This document shows positions 24,271-32,625 of a stretch of 32,625 nucleotides of DNA, in pieces. The notes below the pieces were generated by a model. That model saw only the letters and a list, made by a program, of their open reading frames with translations, was not told where the DNA came from and made no database searches. The number at the start of each line of letters is the position of its first letter. Position 1 is the first letter of the stretch. Where the stretch lies: the sequence record SRR2962707_4322; one strand, 5' to 3'. Both the position numbers and the translations under genes were made by a program.

Positions 24271-25479
24271 ATGACCGACGAAGCCAAAGCCACGCCCCTG
24301 CAGGGGTTGCGGGTCGTTGATGCATCGACGGTGATCGCGGGGCCGACCATCGGCATGCTGATGGGGGATTTCGGCGCCGACGTCATCAAGGTCGAACATC
24401 CGCGCGGCGATGTGCTGCGCAATACCGGCTACCAGAAAGACGGGGTCGGCCTCTGGTTCAAGATGGCCAACCGCAACAAGCGGTGCGTGACCCTGAATCT
24501 TGGAACGGAAAAAGGGCAGGCGATCTTCAAGGACCTGATCCGCTCAACGGATGTTCTGATAGAAAATTTCCGGACCGGGACCATGGAGAAGTGGGGCCTT
24601 GGGTGGGAGGATCTGAAAGCGATCAACCCGCGGCTGGTGATGATCCGCGTGACCGGTTTCGGCCAGACGGGGCCTTACAAGAACCGCCCGGGATTCGGCA
24701 CCATCGCCGAGGCGTTTTCCGGATTCGCCGCCGTCACCGGCACGCCGGACGGTCCGCCGACGCTGCCGAACTTCGGTCTCGCCGACGGGATCGCCGCCGC
24801 CTATGGCACGTTCGCCGCGATGTTCGCCCTGTATCACCGCGATGCCCAGAAAGCGGGTGTCGGGCAATATATCGATCTGTCGATTTACGAACCGCTGTTC
24901 CAGGTAATGGGGCCGCAACCGTTGCAGTTCGATCAGCTGGGCGTCGTTCAGGAACGCTGGGGCAATCGCTCCAAGAACAATGCGCCCCGCAACACGTACC
25001 AGACACGGGATGGGCACTGGGTTGCCGTTTCCACCAATTCCCCGGCCATCGTGACACGGGTGCTGACACTTTGCGGCGGCAAGGAAGTCGCTGAGGACCC
25101 CCGCTTCCAGACGCCGCAGAGCCGCGTTGAACATATCGAGGAAGTTGACGGGATCGTTGCCGACTGGGTTGCCAGGCATGATCTGGACGTGGTGCTCGAG
25201 GAATTCAACAAGGCCGAAGCCGCCATCGGTCCAGCGTATACCATCGACCAGATATTCAAGGACCCGCAGTATCAGGCCCGCGAAGACATCGTCGAGATCG
25301 AGGACGAAGATCTCGGGACATTACGGATGACCAATGCGTTTCCCTTCATGTCTGAAACCCCGGCCCGGGTCCGCCACGCCGGGCCACGCAAGGGCCAGCA
25401 CAACACGGACATTTTCACGGACGAGTTGGGCCTGTCAGCGGAAGAATTGCAGAAACTCAAGGACGAAGGCGTCATCTGA
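24271..25479 (+). CDS. Class III CoA-transferase (CaiB/BaiF family)
   Basis: PLQGLRVVD, IAGP, DFGADVIKVEHP, NRNKR, DVLIENFR, INPRLV, TGFGQTGPY, GLADG (catalytic Asp); ATG 24271. Confidence 0.95.
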   Translation: MTDEAKATPLQGLRVVDASTVIAGPTIGMLMGDFGADVIKVEHPRGDVLRNTGYQKDGVGLWFKMANRNKRCVTLNLGTEKGQAIFKDLIRSTDVLIENFRTGTMEKWGLGWEDLKAINPRLVMIRVTGFGQTGPYKNRPGFGTIAEAFSGFAAVTGTPDGPPTLPNFGLADGIAAAYGTFAAMFALYHRDAQKAGVGQYIDLSIYEPLFQVMGPQPLQFDQLGVVQERWGNRSKNNAPRNTYQTRDGHWVAVSTNSPAIVTRVLTLCGGKEVAEDPRFQTPQSRVEHIEEVDGIVADWVARHDLDVVLEEFNKAEAAIGPAYTIDQIFKDPQYQAREDIVEIEDEDLGTLRMTNAFPFMSETPARVRHAGPRKGQHNTDIFTDELGLSAEELQKLKDEGVI

Positions 25480-25500
25480 CACCCGTCCCGGGCGCCCGGC

Positions 25501-26883
25501 TCAGCTACTGACGGGTTTGTCGGGGACCTTGTTCGGGAAATGCAGTTTTACGATCGTGCCGACGCCGAGCCTGCTTTCAATACCCAGCGTGCCGCCACCC
25601 AGTTCCATGAGCTGCTTCGACAGGGCAAGGCCGAGGCCGGTCCCCTCATGTGTCAGGCCGCTGTTCTGACGCGATTGGCCGAACGGTTCCAGGACCAGCT
25701 CTAGGTCATCGGCAGGAATGCCGATGCCGCTGTCCGTGACGCTGATATCGACGCTGCCATCGGGCTGTGTCGCCGCTGAGATGATGATCTGGGTGTCATC
25801 CCGGGAATATTTCAGGGCGTTTGAAAGGAGATTGATCAGTATCTGGCGAAAGGCCCGCGGATCGGCATAGAGGCTGCGCAACCCGTCTTCGACTTTGACG
25901 ACGATCCGTTCATATTCCGTATGGATGCTGGGCGCGACGATGCGCACCGAACTTCTGATTTCATGCATCAGATCCATGTCGGCGAACGAAACCTTGAATT
26001 CTCCGGCTTCGATTTTCGACAGATCCAGGATGTCGTTGATCAGATTGAGCAGATGCGTCCCGGAGTGTTTGATGTCGCCTGAATATTCCAGGTATTTCTT
26101 ATCGCCGACCGGGCCGAAAGTTTCATGCGTGATCAGTTCCGAAAACCCGATAATGGCATTCAGCGGTGTTCTCAGTTCGTGACTGATTGATGCCAGGAAT
26201 TCGGACTTCGCCCGGTTTGCGGTCATCAGTTGTTCGGTGACGTTTTCCAGCGCTTCATTCTGGCGCTTCAGGCGGCTCTGGCTGCGCCACAGCATGAAGC
26301 CGAACAGTGCCCCGGCCAGTACCAGCCCCGCCGTCGAGAAGATCATGAACCAGGTGGCATTGATAATGTCCGCCCGGTGTGCATCGCGGTACTTTAACAT
26401 GCTCTGGATGATGTGCCCGGCCAGCCGGTTGACCGGATCACGCAGTGTCGCGAGCCGGTCCGCCACACCGCGCAGCTTGATTGCGCCGTCCGTCGCCGCA
26501 GCGTCGAAAAGCGGTGTTTCCTGCTCGATCTTGTTGAAGATACGTTCCAGTCCGCGCCGGTCGGCGTCAGTCAGGGTTTCATTGTAGGGTGGGCGTGTCG
26601 GCAGGCTTCTGAGCCGGTCATAAAGAATATCGAACTGCAAAAGCGCCTCGTCGACGGCGGCGCCCGGACTTTCAAGCTCAAGGCCACGAAGTTCGGACAT
26701 CAAGAGGCTGTAATGCAGTCGGACCTGAACCGCGGCGATCCCGCTGTTGTCATAGTTGCTGCTCGACAACTGGCGCAATGCCGTCAGCGAGGCAATGCCG
26801 GAGATCACGCACAGGGTCAGAAAAATGACGGCCAGAATGCTGAAAACGACGGACAGCCTTCGTTTGAATCTTTTTTTCGTCAA
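25501..26883 (-). CDS. Membrane sensor histidine kinase (two TM helices, helical periplasmic domain, HisKA and HATPase)
   Basis: H-box FLASISHELRTPLNAIIGFSE, N-box QILINLLSNALKY, DSGIG, F-box EPFGQ, GTGLGL; periplasmic QFDILYDRL. Confidence 0.95.
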   Translation of the reverse strand: MTKKRFKRRLSVVFSILAVIFLTLCVISGIASLTALRQLSSSNYDNSGIAAVQVRLHYSLLMSELRGLELESPGAAVDEALLQFDILYDRLRSLPTRPPYNETLTDADRRGLERIFNKIEQETPLFDAAATDGAIKLRGVADRLATLRDPVNRLAGHIIQSMLKYRDAHRADIINATWFMIFSTAGLVLAGALFGFMLWRSQSRLKRQNEALENVTEQLMTANRAKSEFLASISHELRTPLNAIIGFSELITHETFGPVGDKKYLEYSGDIKHSGTHLLNLINDILDLSKIEAGEFKVSFADMDLMHEIRSSVRIVAPSIHTEYERIVVKVEDGLRSLYADPRAFRQILINLLSNALKYSRDDTQIIISAATQPDGSVDISVTDSGIGIPADDLELVLEPFGQSRQNSGLTHEGTGLGLALSKQLMELGGGTLGIESRLGVGTIVKLHFPNKVPDKPVSS

Positions 26884-26910
26884 TCCATCCGCCTTGAGTG
26901 GTCGTCCGGG

Positions 26911-27423
26911 TTAGTGAATGACAAGTCGGCCCAGCTGCCAGATGCTTCTGGCACTGTATTGCTCGTCCTTGAGTTCATCATATTGGTCGACAGGATATAC
27001 GACCCACAGCGGGCCTTTGTTGCGGACCGTCATTTCCTTACCGTTCCAGGACATGGCCAGAAGTACGGGATAGTCCATCGCATCCTTGATAGGGATTTCC
27101 ACCGCATAGCCATCCAGGGCATAGGCGGTGATAAAATTGCCGTCGGCACCGACAAGCTTCAGAACATCGCTCAACAGGACGCCTTCAAAAATCTGGATGC
27201 CGGTTTCAAACGGGTTCGTCGTGCGGAGCGTTTGCATCCCCAGCGCCATCAGCATCTTGCGATCAAAATGTGCTTCGTTTCCGCTGTTGGTGTTGCCGAT
27301 ATCGCCGCCAATGGTCAGGATCGTCCTGCCGGAAGGCTTTGCCATATCAGCCGAAGATGCATGAGGAATGAATAATCCCAGCACAAGGATGATAGCGCTA
27401 ACGGTTTTCAAAACGCCATACAT
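26911..27423 (-). CDS. Periplasmic molybdopterin-oxidoreductase-like (SUOX fold) protein lacking Cys; PruR-like putative pterin-binding protein
   Basis: Signal peptide from ATG 27423; ILTIGGDI, TTNPF, FEGVLLSDVL, ALDGYAVEIP, VRNKGPLWVVYP, RSIWQL; no cysteine; 27 nt upstream of the kinase. Confidence 0.8.
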   Translation of the reverse strand: MYGVLKTVSAIILVLGLFIPHASSADMAKPSGRTILTIGGDIGNTNSGNEAHFDRKMLMALGMQTLRTTNPFETGIQIFEGVLLSDVLKLVGADGNFITAYALDGYAVEIPIKDAMDYPVLLAMSWNGKEMTVRNKGPLWVVYPVDQYDELKDEQYSARSIWQLGRLVIH

Positions 27424-27513
27424 GCGCCTATCATAATCGGAGAGTTGAGTCAGTTCCAGTAAACTCGAACCATGATGCACGATACGTGTCATCGGGCGTA
27501 TCGGAGGTTGAAC

Positions 27514-28368
27514 ATGTCGTCTAGAAAACCCTCAGGTTCCGGTAAAAAGCCCTTAGTAGCGAAGAAAGTCCCCGATCCGGTAACGCTCAGCGGCAAATGC
27601 TATGACAAGGAACTGCGCCGGCTTCAGGTTGAACTGATCAAATTACAGGAATGGGTCAAGCTCGAAGGGTTGAAGGTCGCGGTGCTGTTTGAAGGCAGGG
27701 ACGGGGCCGGCAAGGGCGGTACCATCAAGCGTATTTCCGAGAACACCAACCCCCGTGTGGTGCGTATCGAGGCCCTCGGCAAGCCGACGGAACGGGAACG
27801 CTCGGAATGGTATTTCCAGCGCTATGTGTCACGGCTGCCGGCCGCCGGGGAGATCGTGCTGTTTGACCGGTCCTGGTACAACCGCGCCGGGGTCGAGCGG
27901 GTCATGGGGTTCTGTTCGGACGAGGAATACTGGGAGTTTCTGCGCGAGACCCCGCAATTCGAGAACATGCTGATCCGATCCGGCATCCGGCTCGTCAAAT
28001 ACTGGTTTTCCGTTTCCGCGGAAGAGCAGGAAAGCCGCTTTCAGGCCCGATTGCAGGATCCGACAAAGTACTGGAAATTGAGCCCGATGGACCTCAAGGC
28101 GCGAAGTCTGTGGAATGAGTATTCAGCGGCCAAGGACGTGATGTTTGAGTATACGGACACCGATGAAAGCCCGTGGTGGGTGGTGCCTTCAGACCACAAG
28201 AAAAGCGCCCGACTGAATTGTATCTCGCATCTGTTGTCGCAGTTCGATTACAGGGACGTGATTCCGAAACCGGGAAAGCTGGGGAAGCGGCCCAAGGCCA
28301 GCGACCTGGTGCGCCCGCCGATGGAGCAACAGCGTATCGTCCCGATCAGATACAGGCCGGAAGATTGA
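27514..28368 (+). CDS. ppk2: Polyphosphate kinase 2 (single domain)
   Basis: FEGRDGAGKGG (Walker A), QRYV..LP, FDRSWYNRAGVERVMGFC, WKLSPMD, ARLNCI; ATG 27514 after GGAGG. Confidence 0.96.
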   Translation: MSSRKPSGSGKKPLVAKKVPDPVTLSGKCYDKELRRLQVELIKLQEWVKLEGLKVAVLFEGRDGAGKGGTIKRISENTNPRVVRIEALGKPTERERSEWYFQRYVSRLPAAGEIVLFDRSWYNRAGVERVMGFCSDEEYWEFLRETPQFENMLIRSGIRLVKYWFSVSAEEQESRFQARLQDPTKYWKLSPMDLKARSLWNEYSAAKDVMFEYTDTDESPWWVVPSDHKKSARLNCISHLLSQFDYRDVIPKPGKLGKRPKASDLVRPPMEQQRIVPIRYRPED

Positions 28369-28378
28369 TTTAGGAAGG

Positions 28379-28756
28379 TTAGTGCCGGTTTTTGATGTCG
28401 CCAAGGATGCCGGCAAGCTGCTCTGCATCGACCGGCTTGGGCAGGGCAAAATTCGCGCCGATGCGCTCGGCCATCTTCAGGAAATTGACCCGCTCGTCGA
28501 TGTGTTCGCCCGAGATCGCGACGATGCAGACATCATTCCGGGCGCGGCGGATTTTACGGATGGTTTCGATACCGTCCTGGTTGGGCATGAAGATATCGGT
28601 GACGACAAGGTCGAAATCGGTTTCTTCCATTTTCGCGGAAGCCTCAACACCGTCTTCCGCTTCGGTCACGTCACAGGAGAGATTCTCCAGCATGGTGCGC
28701 AGCGTGGAGCGGATTATAGCGTCATCATCGACAAGAAGAACATTCGGCATAAGCAT
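28379..28756 (-). CDS. Single-domain response regulator (receiver only)
   Basis: VLLVDDD, DLVVTDIFMPNQDG, VAISG, LPKP all present. Confidence 0.93.
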   Translation of the reverse strand: MLMPNVLLVDDDAIIRSTLRTMLENLSCDVTEAEDGVEASAKMEETDFDLVVTDIFMPNQDGIETIRKIRRARNDVCIVAISGEHIDERVNFLKMAERIGANFALPKPVDAEQLAGILGDIKNRH

Positions 28757-28893
28757 TCTTTGTTCACAGCAACAGTGCTCTGCGTGACGGGATCAACCCC
28801 CGTCTGTCAGAGCGTTAAAACGACTTCATCGGTCTAAGTAAGGTTCAGTGCCGAACCTATTGCAGTATATAATCTGTGGGGTGGGGCATTGCA

Positions 28894-28909
28894 TGTGATC
28901 AAAGTCACA
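28894..28909. promoter_or_regulatory. CRP-type binding site
   Basis: TGTGA-TCAAAG-TCACA is an exact TGTGA-N6-TCACA match in an intergenic region upstream of the response regulator. Confidence 0.5.
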
Positions 28910-28974
28910 GCATGGTAAATAGACAGAAAATTACGCCGTAAAGGCGTATCAGCTTTCCATTCTGTTTCTGAAGA

Positions 28975-29004
28975 CTGCCCGATTATCCATTTATAACCGG
29001 GCAG
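28975..29004 (-). terminator. Terminator hairpin after the peroxiredoxin-like gene
   Basis: Minus strand CTGCCCGGTTAT-AAATGG-ATAATCGGGCAG then TCTT, 15 nt past the stop. Confidence 0.6.
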
Positions 29005-29019
29005 CCTCGGCACCGGCAT

Positions 29020-29556
29020 TCAGAGCGCGCCGGTATACTCTCCGCGGGCCGGATAATTCCTCTCGATGGCGAAATCGAGAGCGGCGACAAGCTCCGAAAA
29101 ATGCGGGCGGACGAACGGCATGGTCTGCACCGATCCGTAGTACAACGCGCCATCCGGCTGCACCATGAAAAGGCCGGGTTCGGAAAACAGTGCAGGTTCC
29201 TCGATGCCGATCGATGTCTTGCCGCGGCTTGTGGAAATGTACAGCCCCCATTCCCGGGCTTTCGGCAGTGTAAGGCCATACCCGAAACGGAGAGCCTCGG
29301 CGCCGATCTTCGACTGCATCTCGCGGGTACGCTCCTTGTCGTCGGAACTGATGGCGATGGTTTTAACACCGCGCTCGGCGAATTCCGGTGTGCGCTTCTC
29401 AAGCTCGGTCAGATAATTCGCACAGATCGGGCAGTGCAGCCCACGGTAAAAACAGACAACCGTACCGCGCTCGCTATCGTCATTCATGACGTCGAACGCC
29501 CCGTGGTCGAGGGTGTCCAGGGTCAGGGCTGGGACTTTCTGGCGGGGGATAAGCAT
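29020..29556 (-). CDS. Peroxiredoxin-like (AhpC/TSA, PRX_like2) protein
   Basis: FYRGLHCPIC (CxxC), IAISSD, FSEPGLF, QTMPFVRP, YPARG; ATG 29556 after GGAGA (ORF track 29568). Confidence 0.9.
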   Translation of the reverse strand: MLIPRQKVPALTLDTLDHGAFDVMNDDSERGTVVCFYRGLHCPICANYLTELEKRTPEFAERGVKTIAISSDDKERTREMQSKIGAEALRFGYGLTLPKAREWGLYISTSRGKTSIGIEEPALFSEPGLFMVQPDGALYYGSVQTMPFVRPHFSELVAALDFAIERNYPARGEYTGAL

Positions 29557-29656
29557 CGAAATCTCCATCAGGGGGTTACGTTATGATCCATTGCCCGAGA
29601 CGATATCAGTAAGTATTATCGGAAAAATATCAAATATCTGATTAGGACACCTGATT

Positions 29657-30403
29657 ATGCACTATGACCGCCTATCGGCCCTGATTCAGCGCTTTACGCT
29701 CCGTGTTCAGTTATGCGAACCGGGCAAGGGCAACATGCGTGTTCTTGGCGACGATGCCGACGGGACACCGACCCGCGTGGTGTTTTCGCCGACGGGGCGC
29801 GCCATTATCCAGCCGGTGGGGGAGAAGGTGCTGGTTGAAGCCATTGTCGACTGGGGCGGCACCGCGAACCCGCTTTTGGCGGCGTTGCCCTCGACCCTGG
29901 CGCTGCCTGTCGATCAGGATGAAACCGCGCAGCTGCTGCAGGTGTTCCTGGCTGAAGCCAGTGCCGCCAGATGTGGATGCGCATCTGCGATGAGCAGGCT
30001 TGCGGAGGTTCTGGTGATCCGGGTGCTGCGCGCCCAGATGGCGCGAGGAACCACCGAGCCGGGCCTGATTGCCGGACTGGCCAACCCCAAAATCAGCCGC
30101 GCCATCGTCGCCATGCATGACGATCCCGGCCGGGCGTGGCGGAACGAGGACCTGGCAGGCATTGCGGGCATGTCATTGAGCCGGTTCTGTGACGTTTTCC
30201 GGGAACTTGTCGACCGCACACCGCAATCATATCTGCGGCACTGGCGGATGACGTTGGCGCGTCAGGATCTGGACCGGGGCGGCCGGGTACAGGCGGTGGC
30301 GCGGCGTTATGGCTATACCAGCCCCGAAGCGCTGACCCGCGCATTCCAGCGCCAGTACGGAATCAATCCGTCGGATGTGAAGCGGGAAATGCGTCCGGCT
30401 TGA
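29657..30403 (+). CDS. AraC family transcriptional regulator (cupin_6/RclR-like)
   Basis: NPLLAALP, RLAEVLVIRVLR, AIVAMHDDPGRAW...LAGIAGMSLSRF, YLRHWRM, VARRYGYTSPEALTRAFQRQYGINP. Confidence 0.92.
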   Translation: MHYDRLSALIQRFTLRVQLCEPGKGNMRVLGDDADGTPTRVVFSPTGRAIIQPVGEKVLVEAIVDWGGTANPLLAALPSTLALPVDQDETAQLLQVFLAEASAARCGCASAMSRLAEVLVIRVLRAQMARGTTEPGLIAGLANPKISRAIVAMHDDPGRAWRNEDLAGIAGMSLSRFCDVFRELVDRTPQSYLRHWRMTLARQDLDRGGRVQAVARRYGYTSPEALTRAFQRQYGINPSDVKREMRPA

Positions 30404-30418
30404 CTCTTTGGCGGGGCG

Positions 30419-31270
30419 TCAGGTCTTGCGGCGTTCGGACAGAATATTGATCAGGATCGCGCTGAAGATTACGGCGGCCCCGGCCAGCACCCAGGGATCA
30501 AGCGGCTCGCCGTACAGCATAAGTCCCAGCATCGCCACCATCGGCAGACGGAGAAAATCCATCGGCACCACGACCATGGCGTCAGCATGTGCGAACGCCC
30601 GGGCCATGCAGTAATGCGCACTCAACGCCGTGGCGCCGACGATGAGCAGCCACGGCGTCATGGCGAGACTGGGGGTGGTCCAGTCCAGGAATGACGGCAC
30701 GGCCCCCATCGGCAGCTGGATCACGGTCATGTAGAAGATCACCGCCAGGGGGGTATCGGTGCGGGTGATCTTCTTGGTCAGGGTATGCGACAGCGCATAG
30801 CCGATAGCGGCCATCAGGGCACTGGCGGCGCCGATGTCGAGCGGGACCATCCCGGGACGCAGGATGATCAGGATACCGCTGAAGCCGATGGCGATCACGA
30901 GAGCGCGGATCGCGGTCAGACGTTCCGAGAGCAGGAACGGCGCCAGCAGGGCGGTCCAGATCGGGATCGTGAATTCGATGGCGAAGACCTGGGCCAGCGG
31001 GATGACGGATATCGCGAAGAACCAGCCGAACTGGCCGACATAGTGCGCGATATTGCGGATCAGATGCAGTCCGCCATGACGGGTCTTGATCTGATGCCAG
31101 CCAAACCGGCTGAGAACCGCAGAGATGATGATCAGCCCGATGAGACTGCGGAAAAACAGAATCTGGAACGTGTTCAGTTCAGCCGACAGCTCGCGTCCGG
31201 CAATCGCCATGGACAGGAAGGAGAACAGGGCCCCCACCATCCAAAGCGCTGCGATGACAACCCCGCTCAT
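30419..31270 (-). CDS. DMT/EamA family transporter
   Basis: About 10 TM segments, QILFFRS, LLSERL, GFSGILIILRPG, PMDFLRL, LYGE. Confidence 0.92.
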   Translation of the reverse strand: MSGVVIAALWMVGALFSFLSMAIAGRELSAELNTFQILFFRSLIGLIIISAVLSRFGWHQIKTRHGGLHLIRNIAHYVGQFGWFFAISVIPLAQVFAIEFTIPIWTALLAPFLLSERLTAIRALVIAIGFSGILIILRPGMVPLDIGAASALMAAIGYALSHTLTKKITRTDTPLAVIFYMTVIQLPMGAVPSFLDWTTPSLAMTPWLLIVGATALSAHYCMARAFAHADAMVVVPMDFLRLPMVAMLGLMLYGEPLDPWVLAGAAVIFSAILINILSERRKT

Positions 31271-31316
31271 GGTCTGGCGCCTGTTCGTGGCGAAACCGGT
31301 AAGGTCACGTCACGGA

Positions 31317-32625
31317 TCAGAAGTTCAGCGACAGATCTCTGTGCACCGAGCGGCAGGCAGCAACATCAAGAGCCACTTCTTCCGGCATCCTGCTCAGCAT
31401 CCTAAGGCCGATGGTGTCCTGAATCTTGCCTGCGTATTCATCCAGACCCGGCTTCAGGGACTGGGTGGCCGCCTTGCGCCATTCCAGAGACGCCAGATAT
31501 TCCGCTTTGGCTTTGTCGAATGCGGATACGGCATCTTCGATCTTGATCGGATCGCGTTTGAGCGCCCGCTGAACTTCAACCACGGCCTTGTCCAGATCGT
31601 AGCTGCCCGGCAGCGCCCGGATATCGGTCAGGATGTCGTCGACACTTTGCAGCGCCGTCGAAGTATCACCGGCTGCGAGCTGCTCACCGATGGTGGTGAA
31701 TTTCGGTTCAAGCGCGGCATAGGCATCGCTTGAGCCAAGCAGCTCGGCGAGTTTCTGCACCGGCTCGAAAGCCTGATCGACATTGCGGCGATAGAGGTTC
31801 CGGGCAAGGGTGTGTTTCTTGCTGAGCGCCACGAATTCCTTGTTCTTCTGTTTCCACTCTTCAGGAATCTGCGTCTTCAGGGTTTCAATCTCGGCCTTGT
31901 CCTTTTCGATCTTGGCCTCCCATTTTTCACGCTGAACGTCATACTCCGAGCCCTTCGGCAGGCGACGGAGTTCCGTTTCGAGCATTTTGATTTCCTTGCC
32001 GTCGTCACGGATGGTCGCCTGAAGGGCGCGAACGTCGGTGTGGAGATCCTTGTAACCCTTGGCATAAGCCTGCTCAGCCGCTTCGGCAGCGCGGATGGTC
32101 GCGACCATTTCAAAGGTCTTTTCCGCCTTGTCGAAGCTGGCCGTCAGTTCTTTCTGCATGTTGTCCGGCAGCATCGAAATATCGAGATTGCGGGCCGACG
32201 AGATGGCCGATTTCAGTTCGTCACCGCGCATGTCGTACTGTTTGAACAGGTAGTCCTCGATGCAGAACTGCAGAGCCGGGTTGCGCGGCGGCGGGGCGGT
32301 TTCGCTGGTCAGCGACAGCCGCGTCGGCAGATAGTTCACCAGTTGCGGCGTCAGGCCGACGATCACCAGGGCAAACAGCTGCAGGCCGATGAACGGGATC
32401 ACGCCCTTGTACATGGAGATCGTCTTGACGACCGTCGGGGCTACACCGCGCAGATAGAACAGTGCAAAACCGAACGGGGGGGTCAGGAACGATGTCTGGA
32501 TGTTCAGGCCGATCATCACGCCGAGCCAAACGGCGGTGATGTTGGCGGCCGGATCCATGAGCAGGATCGGCGCCACGATCGGCACCACGACGACAGCGAT
32601 CTCGATGAAGTCGAGGAAGAAGCCG
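31317..32625 (-). CDS. dctM: TRAP transporter large permease with long C-terminal helical extension (partial; 5' end off right edge)
   Basis: Frame is open to the window edge (GFFLDFIEIAVVVVPIVAP); NIQTSFLTPPFGFALFYLRGVAP and YKGVIPFI are DctM C-terminal motifs. Confidence 0.92.
   Translation of the reverse strand, partial: GFFLDFIEIAVVVVPIVAPILLMDPAANITAVWLGVMIGLNIQTSFLTPPFGFALFYLRGVAPTVVKTISMYKGVIPFIGLQLFALVIVGLTPQLVNYLPTRLSLTSETAPPPRNPALQFCIEDYLFKQYDMRGDELKSAISSARNLDISMLPDNMQKELTASFDKAEKTFEMVATIRAAEAAEQAYAKGYKDLHTDVRALQATIRDDGKEIKMLETELRRLPKGSEYDVQREKWEAKIEKDKAEIETLKTQIPEEWKQKNKEFVALSKKHTLARNLYRRNVDQAFEPVQKLAELLGSSDAYAALEPKFTTIGEQLAAGDTSTALQSVDDILTDIRALPGSYDLDKAVVEVQRALKRDPIKIEDAVSAFDKAKAEYLASLEWRKAATQSLKPGLDEYAGKIQDTIGLRMLSRMPEEVALDVAACRSVHRDLSLNF

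Noticed and set aside
25488-25499. Perfect palindrome CCGGGCGCCCGG between convergent genes
   Set aside because: Short, all-GC and seen once; at most a weak terminator element, with no evidence for a REP family
26911-27423. Calling this a catalytic molybdoenzyme (MsrP/sulfite oxidase)
   Set aside because: Too short, no Mo-ligating Cys, no MsrQ partner, and no convincing Tat motif from the likely start
28923-28965. c-di-GMP riboswitch-like GYAA hairpin
   Set aside because: The second stem and conserved junction nucleotides are not recognisable, and the orientation does not lead into a gene

Overview
Gene-dense bacterial window, probably from an alphaproteobacterium (inferred from the PleC/DivJ-type kinase H-box, TTT and TRAP transporters, and a PruR-like protein). 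I found about 26 CDS, two of them cut by the window edges, and no rRNA, tRNA, CRISPR array or mobile element. Left to right: (1) an envelope/secretion block with a FecR-domain protein carrying a Gly/Asn-rich tail, a divergent orphan TpsB/ShlB beta-barrel, a degenerate receiver domain, and a two-gene unit of a lipidated TPR-secretin fusion plus an exported His-rich helical protein; (2) a TrmB regulator divergent from a catabolic operon (TauD-type dioxygenase, TctCBA transporter, ICL/PEP-mutase-family lyase, aconitase with altered substrate motifs); (3) a stand-alone cNMP-binding protein with a membrane Fe-S/2Fe-2S/FAD-NAD(P)H oxidoreductase fusion; (4) divergent speA and speB; (5) a CitE-like lyase, TauD dioxygenase and class III CoA-transferase cluster; (6) a PruR-like putative pterin-binding protein with a sensor kinase, then ppk2 and a single-domain response regulator; (7) an AraC regulator with a peroxiredoxin-like protein, a DMT transporter and the 3' part of a TRAP DctM. 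The best candidates for undescribed systems are the TPR-secretin plus helical protein unit, the cNMP-protein plus membrane redox fusion, the TpsB/FecR pair and the dioxygenase-aconitase-lyase pathway. All calls come from reading motifs by eye; no database searches were run.
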